A stretch of DNA of 63,531 nt, the filler included, from Phoronis australis (taxonomy: Eukaryota > Animalia > Phoronida), in the NCBI GenBank assembly GCA_002633005.1. It is 10 parts of 10 records of this genome, joined end to end, with 100 filler letters (N's around TTAATTAATTAA, not from the genome) between each part and the next. Parts side by side here need not be neighbours in the genome. Positions count along the whole stretch, not along the records: positions 61,661 to 63,531 come from NMRA01001606.1; 9 more parts are not named here. One strand, written 5' to 3'. The notes under the pieces were generated by a model. The model saw only the letters and a program-made list of their open reading frames with translations, did no database searches and had not been told where the DNA came from. Position numbers and translations under genes: made by a program. Below are positions 63,210 to 63,531 of this stretch, in pieces (positions within the stretch are counted from its first letter, which is position 1; every line of letters begins with the position of its first letter).

Positions 63210-63531
63210 ATTTTCACAAAAGGTTATATGAGTTGTTTTGAAACAAGAAATATATAATTTTTGAGCCATCCAGGATTTCAAGTATATATACTGTGATGAT
63301 TTTCAATAAAGGTTATATGAGGTGTTTTGAAACAAGAAATATATAATTTTTGAGCCATCCAGGATTTCAAGTATATATACTGTCATAATTTGTAACCATC
63401 AGTCCCTTAAGATAGTATAGTCATAATTTGTAACCATCAGTCCCTTAAGATAGTATAGTCATAATTTGTAACCATCAGTCCCTTAAGATAGTGTAGTCAT
63501 AATTTGTAACCATCAGTCCCTTAAGATAGTG
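63210..63531. repeat. 89-bp tandem duplication (63210-63382) running into a second block of the 38-bp satellite (63383-63531)
   Basis: aaggttatatgag...gtatatatactgt occurs twice, then the same 38-mer with a G>A variant in two units. Confidence 0.95.

Overview
Fragmented, AT-rich draft scaffold from an intron-containing animal genome, most likely a marine bilaterian invertebrate (species not determinable by eye). It is not prokaryotic and has no CRISPR array. Nine artificial 100-bp N44-TTAATTAATTAA-N44 spacers, two long N runs and several single-N joins break it up. Host genes recovered by manual GT-AG splicing: (1) a + strand tandem-MAM-domain gene (7 exons seen, 18451-37996); (2) the last three exons of DNA2 helicase/nuclease (41171-44021); (3) two exons of a CD-M6PR/ATG27-like receptor (50054-50744); (4) a - strand single-pass receptor whose tyrosine-rich tail has an ITAM-spaced pair and an ITIM-like motif (58507-60582); (5) three phase-1 exons of an unknown - strand gene (15846-16395); (6) a possible Tudor-type terminal exon. 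The rest is mostly transposons: an intact Gypsy pol with PPT and 3' LTR, a solo LTR with TSD, a decayed Gmr1-type Gypsy (integrase before RT), a decayed Copia, a Penelope-like 3' fragment with a hammerhead-like motif, Kolobok/THAP elements, a tRNA-derived SINE, many MITEs, Helentron-associated-type repeats and a 38-bp satellite. I found no evidence I can defend for a wholly new biological system. The best leads are the ITAM/ITIM receptor, the Kolobok derivative whose two TIRs both carry the THAP start, and a CTCF/CRE-bearing CAC-ended MITE whose empty site is preserved next to it.
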